From a virus (lineage: Duplodnaviria; Heunggongvirae; Uroviricota; Caudoviricetes): a DNA stretch of 64,000 nucleotides. The DNA is taken from the IMG/VR virus record IMGVR_UViG_3300047667_001391; one strand, written 5' to 3'. Of the stretch, positions 9,498 to 19,128 are shown in pieces. The position numbers were made by a program, and so were the translations under genes. The notes under the pieces were generated by a model. It made no database searches, was not told the DNA's origin, and worked only from the letters and a program-made list of their open reading frames with translations. How positions within the stretch are numbered: the first letter of the stretch is position 1; each line of letters starts with the position of its first letter.

Positions 9498-10931
9498 TTG
9501 ATGAGTAGTGGAATAGCAGATGGGGAAATGGGGTCGATTGTACTCAATAATATAATTAACAACATTACATATGCCTCAAAAGTTTTACCGTACCTCAGTG
9601 CTGATTATTTTGTCGAGGAGACTGAGTGTTGTATTGCTCAAGTCTTGATCGACTATCACGCATTATATGGTAAGAGTCCAAACGTTAGAGAAATTGTGGT
9701 CGAACTTAAGGAATTACCACAGATAACCAAATTAGATAAAAATACAGTAAATGATGTACTCGGTAATGGTGCGTACATAGTAACTGATAATGAATGGTTA
9801 ACTAAGCACACCGAAAAATTTATACAACGCAGAAGGATAAGCCAAGCCTTCGAGAAAACATATGGTGATTTCGAAGCGGGTAATATTTTAGATTCGATAG
9901 CAAATGTATTCCAAGAAGCGTTATCATTTTCTTTTGATAATTCTATTGGTCATAACTTTATATTAGACAGTCATCTGCGATACGATTTATATTGTAGCGA
10001 AGAAGAAAGACTTAGCTTCTATCTTGAAATGTTAGATTTGGTCACAGATGGTGGTGTAGGTAAAGGTACATTGAATGTATTTCTTGCTGGTACTGGTGTA
10101 GGTAAATCTTTGCTGATGTGCTCTATTGCCGCAGCTCAAGCTATGGCAGGTAAAAAAGTACTCTATATATCATTAGAGATGGCGGAGCTGAAATTAGCAG
10201 AAAGATTAGAGTCTAATCTAATGGACGTACCATTAAACTCCTTGAAACATATGTCAAAAGAAGATTTTACTCTTCGTCAAAATATATACATAAAGAAAAT
10301 GGAAAGTTTGGGTGGGAATATAATATTCAAACAATATCCAACGAGTTCTGCCCACGCTGGTCATTTTAGAAATTTACTTATTGAATGTAAAAATAAATTA
10401 GATTTAGAATTTGATGTTATTTATATCGACTATCTAAATATTTGTGCAACTAATCGCGGTACTAACAGTGATAATTCTTACACTAAAGTTAAGAATATTG
10501 CAGAAGAAGTTAGGGCATTAGCTGTTGAATTTCAGGTACCTATTATTTCCGCAACACAAACAAATCGAAGTGGTCAGGAATCAAGCGATCTTAGTTTTGA
10601 GGATGTATCTGAATCACATGGCTTATCTGCTACTGTTGATTTATTATTTGGTCTAATGTCAAATGAAGAATGGGAGAAAACTAATAAAATAATGGTTGGT
10701 CAAATAAAAAATCGATACGGTGACCCTAACTATTATAAGAAGTTCATGATTGGTGTAGAGCGTAGTAAAATGCGTCTATATGATTTAAAACGGGAAGCAT
10801 CTAATGAAGTCAATTCTGGGCAATCGAGCAAAACAAATAGCACAGAAGGTGCGGATTTTGGTGCAATCGATTTGACAGTGCTTGGTGCATCTAGAGCTAA
10901 TTCATTAAACTTTGATAAATTAAAAACATGA
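9498..10931 (+). CDS. replicative DNA helicase, T4 gp41 / DnaB family
   Basis: GTLNVFLAGTGVGKS Walker A and YISLEMAE. The overall order matches T4 gp41, including the C-terminal IKNRYGD. Confidence 0.9.
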   Translation: MMSSGIADGEMGSIVLNNIINNITYASKVLPYLSADYFVEETECCIAQVLIDYHALYGKSPNVREIVVELKELPQITKLDKNTVNDVLGNGAYIVTDNEWLTKHTEKFIQRRRISQAFEKTYGDFEAGNILDSIANVFQEALSFSFDNSIGHNFILDSHLRYDLYCSEEERLSFYLEMLDLVTDGGVGKGTLNVFLAGTGVGKSLLMCSIAAAQAMAGKKVLYISLEMAELKLAERLESNLMDVPLNSLKHMSKEDFTLRQNIYIKKMESLGGNIIFKQYPTSSAHAGHFRNLLIECKNKLDLEFDVIYIDYLNICATNRGTNSDNSYTKVKNIAEEVRALAVEFQVPIISATQTNRSGQESSDLSFEDVSESHGLSATVDLLFGLMSNEEWEKTNKIMVGQIKNRYGDPNYYKKFMIGVERSKMRLYDLKREASNEVNSGQSSKTNSTEGADFGAIDLTVLGASRANSLNFDKLKT

Positions 10932-11191
10932 GAAATATGAGAAAAATTAAAATATATACTGCTGTTTGGTGCCCGTCATGTGTGATTTTACATGAATGGG
11001 TATCTAAAAAAATATTAGAAGGTCTGTCTATTGATGTTGAATTTGTTGATGTTGATGTAGAATTTCAAGAATTGATAGACCAAGAAATTAAAATAAAAAC
11101 CCTACCATCATCATTATATAATGGTCTATTGTATACTGGGAGTGATAAAATCAAGGAAATTATATTGAAAGCTGAAGTTAAAAATGATTGA
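10928..11191 (+). CDS. glutaredoxin/NrdH-like redoxin
   Basis: N-terminal beta-strand followed by a CPSC (CxxC) active site. The gene is immediately upstream of, and overlapping, nrdA. Confidence 0.6.
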   Translation: MRNMRKIKIYTAVWCPSCVILHEWVSKKILEGLSIDVEFVDVDVEFQELIDQEIKIKTLPSSLYNGLLYTGSDKIKEIILKAEVKND

Positions 11192-13058
11192 ATCATATTT
11201 AGGAATTGATATTGATTTAGCACGTGACGCTCTTTTACCTGAGCAAGGTAAGGTATTATTAACAAAAAAAGGGTTCTATAAAATGAACCACGAGACTAGT
11301 CCCCAACATGGTTTTGCTCGTGCAGCAACATCATATTGTTTCGGTGATTATGAACTAGCACAGCGTATATATGACGCTGCTAGTCTTGGATATTTCACTT
11401 TCGCTAGTCCGGTACTCAGTAACGCACAAGAAGTTAATTGGCCTTATATGAATGAGGAGAATGATTTTGAAAAGTTGGGGTTATGGTTAGAACAAAAAGT
11501 TAAACCACGTGGCATGCCAATTTCCTGTTTTCTTTCGTACATCCCTGACACTAAAGAAGGTTTAGTTAATGCAAACACGGAAACTAGATGGCTATCTATG
11601 CTCGGTGGTGGTATTGGAATATATCCATCTAATCGCTCACCTGACGCTAAATCTACTGGTGTTATGTCTCATCTTCGTGGTTATGATGCAGATGCATTAT
11701 CATATAAACAAACAGAAGCTCGTCGAGGTTCTATTGCAGCCTATATGAATATTGATCACCCTGAAATATTAACCTTTATTGACATGAGAAATCCAGTTGG
11801 TGGTGACTCAAACACAAAATGTTTTAATATTAATAATGGCGTAAATATCACTGATGATTTTATGTATAAAGTCATTGGCGGTGAAAAATATGAGCTGGTG
11901 GACCCCAAGCATGGCGGTACTGGTCGTATGTTAGATGCCCGTGAAGTTTGGGAAAAATTAATGGAAGTTCGTTTTGAGACTGGCGAACCTTATTTATTAT
12001 ATATTGATACCGTCAATCGAAACATACCCAAGCAAGTACGCAACCCGATGTATAATATAGTCCAGAGCAACCTATGTTCAGAAATTACGTTAATGACGTC
12101 AGAAAAAAGAACAGCTGTGTGTTGCCTATCCTCTCTTAATTTAGAAAAATATGACGAATGGAAGGATATAGGTTTAGTTGGCGATTTAATTCGTATGCTT
12201 GATAATGTATTGGAATATTTCATCAGGTTGGCACCACCAGAATTAAGCCGAGCTGTTTATTCAGCAAAAAAAGAACGTGCTTTAGGGTTGGGGACTTTAG
12301 GATGGCATAGTTATTTGCAATCCAAATCAATCCCATTTGAATCCGGTGGATTTAATAGTGCCATACAACACACTAATTTGATTTATAATAACATCAAAAA
12401 TCAGGCAGAAACCACATCAAAGTGTTTAGGTATAGAAAGGGGTGAATCTCCTGATTGCAGAGGTTCTGGGTTTAGAAATAGCCATCTTATGGCATTAGCA
12501 CCGAACGCGTCTAGCTCTCAAATGATTAACGTATCCCCTTCGGTTGAGCCATGGTCTGCTAATGCATTTGTTAGCAAAGGAAGAGCTGGTTTGTTTTTGA
12601 TTAAAAACAAACACTTAGATAAAATATTAACTCAATATGCAGCAGACATGAACAGCAATGATTATGACGAACAATGGTTGGCTGACATATGGAAAGATAT
12701 TATTGATAAAAACGGTAGTGTCCAACATCTAAATTTCTTATCTGAGCATGACAAGAAAGTCTTTAAAACATTCACTGAGATTGATCAAATGTGGGTGATT
12801 GAGCAGGCTGAGCACCGAACACCAAAGATTTGTCAGTCATCATCACTGAATATTTCGGTAGCCAAGGGAGTAACGCTGCAGGAAATGTCAGATATCCATA
12901 TGGCGGCGTGGTGGAAGGGAGTAAAGTCTTTGTATTACTGCAGAGCAGAGGCTGCAGTCCAAGCTAAAGTCTCTGATGGTGGAATCAAGGCACCGCTAAA
13001 TGCGGTTGCAGTTGAAACTGAAAATAAATATGAAGAATGTAGAAGCTGTGAAGGGTAA
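11184..13058 (+). CDS. nrdA: ribonucleotide reductase class Ia large subunit
   Basis: 624 aa with an ATP-cone-less N-terminus, the NLCSEI active-site region and a C-terminal CxxC tail (CRSCEG). Confidence 0.9.
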   Translation: MIESYLGIDIDLARDALLPEQGKVLLTKKGFYKMNHETSPQHGFARAATSYCFGDYELAQRIYDAASLGYFTFASPVLSNAQEVNWPYMNEENDFEKLGLWLEQKVKPRGMPISCFLSYIPDTKEGLVNANTETRWLSMLGGGIGIYPSNRSPDAKSTGVMSHLRGYDADALSYKQTEARRGSIAAYMNIDHPEILTFIDMRNPVGGDSNTKCFNINNGVNITDDFMYKVIGGEKYELVDPKHGGTGRMLDAREVWEKLMEVRFETGEPYLLYIDTVNRNIPKQVRNPMYNIVQSNLCSEITLMTSEKRTAVCCLSSLNLEKYDEWKDIGLVGDLIRMLDNVLEYFIRLAPPELSRAVYSAKKERALGLGTLGWHSYLQSKSIPFESGGFNSAIQHTNLIYNNIKNQAETTSKCLGIERGESPDCRGSGFRNSHLMALAPNASSSQMINVSPSVEPWSANAFVSKGRAGLFLIKNKHLDKILTQYAADMNSNDYDEQWLADIWKDIIDKNGSVQHLNFLSEHDKKVFKTFTEIDQMWVIEQAEHRTPKICQSSSLNISVAKGVTLQEMSDIHMAAWWKGVKSLYYCRAEAAVQAKVSDGGIKAPLNAVAVETENKYEECRSCEG

Positions 13059-13063
13059 AAAAT

Positions 13064-14071
13064 ATGTCAATATTTGAGAAAACAGAAACGTATCGACCAT
13101 TTAAATATCCATGGGCGATGGAGGCTACACAGGAACAGTCAATTGATTTGTATTGGGATGTTCACCAATTGGAATTTAGTGATGATATTCGTCAGTTTCA
13201 TGCTGATGGTGGGTTAGATACTACGAACGTACCTGCCAAATTTACTAAAAACTTACTAAATAAAACTCTGGCTATATTTACACAAATGGACGTAGCGGCT
13301 GGTGCTTTATATTGTAAGTTATTACCACATGTAGGTAATAACGAAATTCGTAATATGTGGATGAGTTTTGCATCAAAAGAATCGGTACATCAACGATCAT
13401 ATGCGCTGGGTGTTGAAGTATTGGATATGCCCGAAAGCACTTGGGGTGAATTTATGGAATATAAGGAAATGTCCGAAAAGATAGATATTATGGTGGATTT
13501 AGATGGCTTAGATCTATCAAAACCATTAGATTTCGGCAAAGCTTTGGCGTTACTATTATTATGTGAGGGTGTTGCCTTGTTTGGTGCATTCGCTGCCATG
13601 CTGAACCTTAAAAGGTTTGGTTTAATGATGGGACTTAATCAGGTAAATGAATATTCACTTAAAGATGAAAATGAGCACGTAAAGAATAACATGCGAGTTC
13701 TCTCTGAAGTGCGATTAGAATTAAGTCCAGATGAAAATCTAGAACTGGACTCATTCATTAATAAGTTAATAGTTAAAATGAGAAATGCTGAACATCGATA
13801 TATCGAGTTGATATTTGATATGGGTCCAGTTGAGGACATGACTGAACAGGACATGAAAGATTATATTGATTATTTATGTGACCTGCGGTTATCTCAACTT
13901 AGGCTCGGTAAGATCTTCAATACTTCTAATAATCCATTAGTTTGGATGGATTATGTTTTAGGTGGAAAACAACACACTAATTTCTTTGAGGCGAGGGTGG
14001 GTGAATATTCCCATTCCGGTCTCATTGGTGGGGTTGATTATAGTAAGTACGTAAAACAAAATACTTTTTAG
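13064..14071 (+). CDS. nrdB: ribonucleotide reductase small subunit
   Basis: 335 aa with ferritin-like di-iron/tyrosyl radical motifs (E..H pairs). It directly follows nrdA. Confidence 0.9.
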   Translation: MSIFEKTETYRPFKYPWAMEATQEQSIDLYWDVHQLEFSDDIRQFHADGGLDTTNVPAKFTKNLLNKTLAIFTQMDVAAGALYCKLLPHVGNNEIRNMWMSFASKESVHQRSYALGVEVLDMPESTWGEFMEYKEMSEKIDIMVDLDGLDLSKPLDFGKALALLLLCEGVALFGAFAAMLNLKRFGLMMGLNQVNEYSLKDENEHVKNNMRVLSEVRLELSPDENLELDSFINKLIVKMRNAEHRYIELIFDMGPVEDMTEQDMKDYIDYLCDLRLSQLRLGKIFNTSNNPLVWMDYVLGGKQHTNFFEARVGEYSHSGLIGGVDYSKYVKQNTF

Positions 14072-14107
14072 TATACTTACATGATTATCTATGTATAATG
14101 TATACAT

Positions 14108-14131
14108 CGACTAGGAAATATCTCCTAGTCG
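14108..14131 (+). promoter_or_regulatory. 9-bp perfect hairpin (cgactagga aatatc tcctagtcg) in the nrdB-downstream intergenic region
   Basis: Read from the sequence. No T-run follows, so this is more likely an operator or RNA-stability element than a terminator. Confidence 0.4.
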
Positions 14132-14143
14132 AATTAACCAAAG

Positions 14144-14572
14144 GTGTTTGTTATGTCTACGTTTAAAAAAGATTATGTGATTGAACATGGTTCCGTTTTT
14201 ACAATCGTTGAGCGTGAGTCATTTGAAAAATTTAACAAAAATAGTAGAAAGAACACAAAGATGGTTAATTTAACTGATTCTGAGATGTTAATTATTGAAG
14301 GCAGTAACATGAAATATAAAATATCTTCAGTTGTTAGCTATGCACTAAAGAACAATCAATGCCCAATAGATGCCTATGAGCGAGCTATAATGCTAGGGCA
14401 TAAAACTCACTGGATAAATGCTATACCAACTGTATTAAGTTCTACTACGCAACCTAAAAGAAAATATATTAAAGTTAATTTTGATATGATTTATAACTTT
14501 GAGGGTAAGTATTTTAGAATAGCCGAAGATTTTAATAATAACCTAAAGCTAGTACCTGCTGACCTCAACTAA
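14144..14572 (+). CDS. hypothetical protein
   Basis: 142-aa ORF with an SD (aaaggtg). Confidence 0.5.
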   Translation: MFVMSTFKKDYVIEHGSVFTIVERESFEKFNKNSRKNTKMVNLTDSEMLIIEGSNMKYKISSVVSYALKNNQCPIDAYERAIMLGHKTHWINAIPTVLSSTTQPKRKYIKVNFDMIYNFEGKYFRIAEDFNNNLKLVPADLN

Positions 14573-14588
14573 CCAAAGGGAAGAAAAT

Positions 14589-14855
14589 ATGACACTTAAT
14601 GAATTGAAATATCAAAGACGTGACGTAAAAGTTAAATTAGCAAAGATATCTACTGATATTGTCAACGTAGAAACATCAAATATTCTACATTTAATATTAT
14701 CTTGTATTACTGTGGGTACTTGGCTTGTTGTTTGGTTAGTCTGTGCTCTAATATCAGTGAAGCAGCGCAAATCTCTCCAGAAAAAATCAGTAAAGTTATC
14801 CACTGAATTAGGGTTAATTGAGGATTTATTGGAAGATGATATTGGAGTAAGATGA
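14589..14855 (+). CDS. hypothetical membrane protein
   Basis: 88 aa with one predicted TM segment (ILHLILSCITVGTWLVVWLVCALI). Confidence 0.4.
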   Translation: MTLNELKYQRRDVKVKLAKISTDIVNVETSNILHLILSCITVGTWLVVWLVCALISVKQRKSLQKKSVKLSTELGLIEDLLEDDIGVR

Positions 14856-15088
14856 TGGAAAAGATGGGAACAACACAGCGAATTGTGAATGGTCCAAGCG
14901 AAAGTTTTATTGCACTGACCGAAGTTTACATTGAGGCTGTGATAGAAAAATTTAGGTTGGTTGAGCCTACATTGAAAGTAAAAGTAGAACGAAGACAAGG
15001 TCAAGTATTCTTTATTGTATTAAATCAGGTTTATCGTTTTACAAACAATGGCCGTGAAGCTACCGTAGGTTTCGCTGGTCACGTATAA
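14852..15088 (+). CDS. hypothetical protein
   Basis: 78-aa ORF joined to the previous one by an ATGA overlap. Confidence 0.4.
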   Translation: MMEKMGTTQRIVNGPSESFIALTEVYIEAVIEKFRLVEPTLKVKVERRQGQVFFIVLNQVYRFTNNGREATVGFAGHV

Positions 15089-15129
15089 AAGGCAATGATG
15101 CCAAAACTACACTCATTTTGGAGTTTTTA

Positions 15130-16560
15130 ATGAAAAAAATCTACATTCTAGATACTAATATCTTATTAGATAATCCCCTATCTTTGGTTTCTTTTGGGGA
15201 GCATACAGTAATAGTATCGTTGGCTGTATTAGAAGAGTTAGATAATATAAAAATGAGGAAAAATGATTTATCTCGTGATGCTCGTGTAGCTATACGAGTG
15301 CTCGATGACATTATCGATGATACCGAAGCTGATTTATCTGAGGGTATTTTAATGTGTGGGTCTGGGCTTGTTAATTGCCATGAAGAAGCTCATCTAATTA
15401 TATCAAACAAACCCACACTGATAGTATCCGACTTAGATAATGATTGCGCGGATAATGTCATAATTAATACTGCACTTGAATATCAATTGACATTATCAGA
15501 TAGCAGCACTGATGTAATATTAGTTTCTAATGATATTAATTTACGATTAAAAGCTAAAGCGTGTGGTATGCGTCTCGTAGAAAAAGTCAAAAATAATATG
15601 ATATCTCAGGATATCGACTATCTACCGGAAGGTTTAATTGAAGTTCCGTGTGGATGGCATAACTCATTATCTGATAATACAGAAGTGACGCAGAAGTCTT
15701 GTGGTGGTATTATTATTCCAATTACATGCTTACCATTCGATGTAGACCCCAATAATTTTCAGTCGCTAACTGGTACTTGGTTGTATAATGAAGCTGATGA
15801 CTTTGCAGCAGAAATTGTGGGTTTCTTTGAGCACGACGACGAGAATAGAATTGGTGCTGAATTAAAATTTTCTCGCCTATCCCTGTTTTCAAAACGTCGA
15901 TGTGCTGGAGTCACTGGGCGGAGCGTCAATCAATCTATTGCGATTGAGTGTATGCTTTCTAAGGAAAAGGACTTGGTTATATTGTTTGGGCCAGCTGGCT
16001 CAGGTAAAACTTTATTGGCATTAGCAGCTGCAACTGAGATGGTAAAAGGTAAGAAGAATTATAATTTAGATGAAATTATATTTGGTAAAACCATGGATTC
16101 ACAGTTCGCCGAAATTGGATTTTTAAAGGGATCTGAGCATGAAAAACTTGCACCTTGGGCTGGAGCAGTGTATGATAATATGGAAGAAATTTCCAGAATT
16201 TCTAAGATAGAGGAATATCATCCACGCATATCAATTGATGGTGAAAAGGCACCCTTTATAACCCTCAAAAACTTAGGTTTTATGCGAGGAAGATCATTAA
16301 ATTATAAAGTTCTTATTATTGACGAGTCTCAGAATTTAAATGCCAAGCAAGTCAAAACTTTACTATCTAGGGCTGGTAAAAACTGCAAGGTTATTATGAT
16401 GGGTAACTTAGGTCAAATAGACAATGAATATGTTTCTGAAAATTCTTCTGGGTTGACATACATGTGTCAGAAGTTTGCTGGGTGGGATCGTGCATCTATT
16501 ATTCATCTCGAAGGTGTTGAGCGTTCACCGCTTGCTGAATTCGTAGAAGAAAATTTATAA
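15130..16560 (+). CDS. phoH: PhoH-family ATPase with an N-terminal PIN domain (YlaK-like)
   Basis: A PIN-like N-terminus (ILDTNILLD) and a Walker A GPAGSGKT. The ATG at 15130 has a GGAG SD 6 nt upstream, so it is preferred over the track's TTG start at 15118. Confidence 0.85.
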   Translation: MKKIYILDTNILLDNPLSLVSFGEHTVIVSLAVLEELDNIKMRKNDLSRDARVAIRVLDDIIDDTEADLSEGILMCGSGLVNCHEEAHLIISNKPTLIVSDLDNDCADNVIINTALEYQLTLSDSSTDVILVSNDINLRLKAKACGMRLVEKVKNNMISQDIDYLPEGLIEVPCGWHNSLSDNTEVTQKSCGGIIIPITCLPFDVDPNNFQSLTGTWLYNEADDFAAEIVGFFEHDDENRIGAELKFSRLSLFSKRRCAGVTGRSVNQSIAIECMLSKEKDLVILFGPAGSGKTLLALAAATEMVKGKKNYNLDEIIFGKTMDSQFAEIGFLKGSEHEKLAPWAGAVYDNMEEISRISKIEEYHPRISIDGEKAPFITLKNLGFMRGRSLNYKVLIIDESQNLNAKQVKTLLSRAGKNCKVIMMGNLGQIDNEYVSENSSGLTYMCQKFAGWDRASIIHLEGVERSPLAEFVEENL

Positions 16561-16568
16561 AATAAAAC

Positions 16569-16597
16569 TTTACATTGTATTAATTAATAAGTATATT
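16569..16597 (+). promoter_or_regulatory. sigma70-like promoter TTTACA-17-TATATT
   Basis: Consensus -35 with a 17-nt spacer. A leader hairpin (16603-16630) follows, ahead of the GAGGAG SD. Confidence 0.55.
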
Positions 16598-16648
16598 ACA
16601 CCGATGGCTTGCTAATACCAGTAAGCCATCAATAACGAGGAGAATCTG

Positions 16649-17206
16649 ATGTTTATGAAAGAAAAATCTTCAGGCCTATTAGACCGAATGAAGGCTAGAC
16701 GTGATGCACAGAAGGGTGTTAATGCAGAGGATATTGTGCAATTATGTGAAATTGTAAATGGTGGTCTTAGGATTGCAGTTGATAATCACAATAAAATTGA
16801 AGAAATTAAAGAAAATCAAGATAAAATATATAGTATATTAAAGAAACTAAGTGATAGGTCCAATCACCAGACAAAATTTAACGCTGATGTTATGTCTATA
16901 TGTGAAAAAAACCACACAGAACTTCAAGAACATAAAATGTCGACTAATGAAAGTTTTGATACCATTACCCAAGCACTATCAAGCACAGATGAAGCACTGG
17001 CCGATTTATGTTCTGATATGAATGGCGTATATGAGGACTTTAATAAATTAGGTCTTGTATCAAATGATGAGATTTGGGTAAGGAAATCAGATTCAGTCCA
17101 AGAAGAAGAAGAAGAAGAAGCCCAAAATAGATTTTTTTCTGATGTGCTGGAAGTCGACATAACTTATATTTGGGATGGTCAACGAATTTATGCTCAAGCT
17201 GAGTAA
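16649..17206 (+). CDS. hypothetical acidic protein (poly-Glu tract)
   Basis: 185-aa ORF with a GAGGAG SD, followed by a terminator. Confidence 0.5.
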   Translation: MFMKEKSSGLLDRMKARRDAQKGVNAEDIVQLCEIVNGGLRIAVDNHNKIEEIKENQDKIYSILKKLSDRSNHQTKFNADVMSICEKNHTELQEHKMSTNESFDTITQALSSTDEALADLCSDMNGVYEDFNKLGLVSNDEIWVRKSDSVQEEEEEEAQNRFFSDVLEVDITYIWDGQRIYAQAE

Positions 17207-17238
17207 TTAGGCGCTAAATATACATAATAAATTACATT

Positions 17239-17280
17239 AAATGCCACAACTCATGCAACTGGGTTGTGGCATTTGTTATT
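17239..17280 (+). terminator. rho-independent terminator: 12-bp stem (aaatgccacaac / gttgtggcattt), then a T-rich tail
   Basis: Perfect inverted repeat read from the sequence. Confidence 0.65.
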
Positions 17281-17332
17281 ACTCGTATTGCTAAGAAAAT
17301 TTAAGCTTTACGTACAAACTGAGGAGAATAAA

Positions 17333-17776
17333 TTGAGTGAACTAAGTAAAAAAGATTTAAAAAGATGGAAAGCCATTGTCAAGGAAGGTGTTTTCTTCAT
17401 GGTGGGTATTGAAATTAAAAATAAGAGAAAGGCAGCATTTATTAATATATGCCGCTTTGCTAACGGTAAAGCTGTGACCGATAAACATATGAGATATCAA
17501 GGTCATTTAGTTGGCCAATTATTTCTTGGTGAGTTTATGAAATGTAATGCTGATAAATGCTTACAAGATGCATCAGAAGAAGTATTGGATTCCCTAATAA
17601 GCGGAAAGCTATATAAATATATATCTAATTTATTTATTCATGCATTTTATAAACTAGATAAGCAAGCTATTGATGCTACTATAACCAATTGGAGTTCATG
17701 GAAGGGTGTCATTGATAGTGTCGCTGATTCACAAAAAGTTGAGCCGCAACCAGAACTAGTTCCGCAGGGGGAGTAA
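17333..17776 (+). CDS. hypothetical protein (TTG start)
   Basis: The track ORF's ATG (17264) lies inside the upstream terminator hairpin. An in-frame TTG at 17333 has a GAGGAG SD 6 nt upstream. Confidence 0.4.
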   Translation: MSELSKKDLKRWKAIVKEGVFFMVGIEIKNKRKAAFINICRFANGKAVTDKHMRYQGHLVGQLFLGEFMKCNADKCLQDASEEVLDSLISGKLYKYISNLFIHAFYKLDKQAIDATITNWSSWKGVIDSVADSQKVEPQPELVPQGE

Positions 17777-17780
17777 TAAT

Positions 17781-18836
17781 ATGTTACCGATGATTGGAGA
17801 TTTACACTTAGGTGAGGGGCGTGGTTCTGAATTAGTAATGAAGCACCAATTAGATTATTTAGCTGAAGTATTTATACCATATCTATGTAAAAATAACATT
17901 AAGGTTTTCTTACAAACGGGAGACTTATTTGATGTCCGACCAAATACAAACACATTCGTGTTAGCTGAATGGAAACGTAGATTTTTTAATCCATTGGAAG
18001 TTCTGGGTATTAGAATGATCACAATCATCGGCAACCACGACATGTTTTATAAAAATAAAATATCCCCCAATTCAATTACCGAACATTTAAGTGGTTATTC
18101 TAATATAACTATTATTGATACAGTGACAGAAATGACAATTGATAGTGTTAAAATTCTTTTCTGTCCGTGGATTTGTGATGAAAATGAAGAGCATGTCATG
18201 GACGCGATTGGAAATTCCGATGCTGATGTATGCTTTGGTCATTTTGAAGTAAAAGGCGCTCGCATGGAGTCTTCTGTATGTACTGATGGGTTACCCATCA
18301 GTACATTTAATCGGTTTAAGTTATGCGTAAGTGGCCATTTTCATTCTGCTGGTAAATATGACAATATTCAATATCTAGGTACCTGCTATCAAATGACTTG
18401 GGGCGACTTCGGTCACGAGAAAGGTTTTTGGAACTTAGACACATCTAATTTAGAGATGGAGTTTATTAAAAACAATAAAGAAATCTATCATCGACTTACA
18501 TACAATGAAAATAAAAGTATGGATGCTATAGTTGAAGGTGTGGATTATCGTGACCAACATATCAAAGTCACAATAGAAGAGCGCGAAGATTTTAATAAAT
18601 ACGAAGCGTGGTTTATGAAATTAGATTGTTGTGGTGCTGCGACACTTACTGTAATAGAACCATTTATTGATCGAGATGGGGATGAGTGTGACGTGGATGT
18701 TGATGGTGAGCTGACTGTACAGTCAACCAAGGATTTGATTAAGGAATATATAGATCAAATATATCCAGAACGAAAAGATGCATTAACCAAACTAATGCTA
18801 TCTATTCACTCCACAGCACAAAAACTTAACCCATAG
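17781..18836 (+). CDS. Mre11/SbcD-family recombination nuclease subunit (T4 gp47-like)
   Basis: Calcineurin-like phosphoesterase motifs DLHLG, GDLFD, GNHD and GHFH. The gene immediately precedes the Rad50-like gene. Confidence 0.85.
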   Translation: MLPMIGDLHLGEGRGSELVMKHQLDYLAEVFIPYLCKNNIKVFLQTGDLFDVRPNTNTFVLAEWKRRFFNPLEVLGIRMITIIGNHDMFYKNKISPNSITEHLSGYSNITIIDTVTEMTIDSVKILFCPWICDENEEHVMDAIGNSDADVCFGHFEVKGARMESSVCTDGLPISTFNRFKLCVSGHFHSAGKYDNIQYLGTCYQMTWGDFGHEKGFWNLDTSNLEMEFIKNNKEIYHRLTYNENKSMDAIVEGVDYRDQHIKVTIEEREDFNKYEAWFMKLDCCGAATLTVIEPFIDRDGDECDVDVDGELTVQSTKDLIKEYIDQIYPERKDALTKLMLSIHSTAQKLNP

Positions 18837-18852
18837 CAGGAGAAATAGACTA

Positions 18853-19128
18853 ATGAATGCTGCTAATATTTTAATGTATTCGGACAAAAAATATAAATTT
18901 TGTGTATACCATGAAAATGAAAACCGAGATTGTACGCTTTATGCACTCATGGAAACCGAAGAAGAGGCAATTACATTATCCAAAGACATGATATTGAATT
19001 ACTGTAATGACATAGAATATCATTTTTATCCAGCAGAAATAATTCGTATTACTTATGATATTACTACCATCGCAGATCAAATAACAAGAACAGTAGATGG
19101 CGCACACAGTAGAAGGTTAACAACATGA
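18853..19128 (+). CDS. hypothetical protein
   Basis: 91-aa ORF between the gp47-like and gp46-like genes. Confidence 0.5.
   Translation: MNAANILMYSDKKYKFCVYHENENRDCTLYALMETEEEAITLSKDMILNYCNDIEYHFYPAEIIRITYDITTIADQITRTVDGAHSRRLTT

Noticed and set aside
14072-14099. Promoter between nrdB and the 14144 ORF (TATACTTAC and TATAAT motifs)
   Set aside because: No acceptably spaced -35 element is present for either candidate -10. Only the downstream hairpin is reported.
17264-17332. ATG start of the 170-aa track ORF at 17264
   Set aside because: The ATG lies inside the stem of the upstream rho-independent terminator (17239-17280). An in-frame TTG at 17333 with a GAGGAG SD is more plausible.
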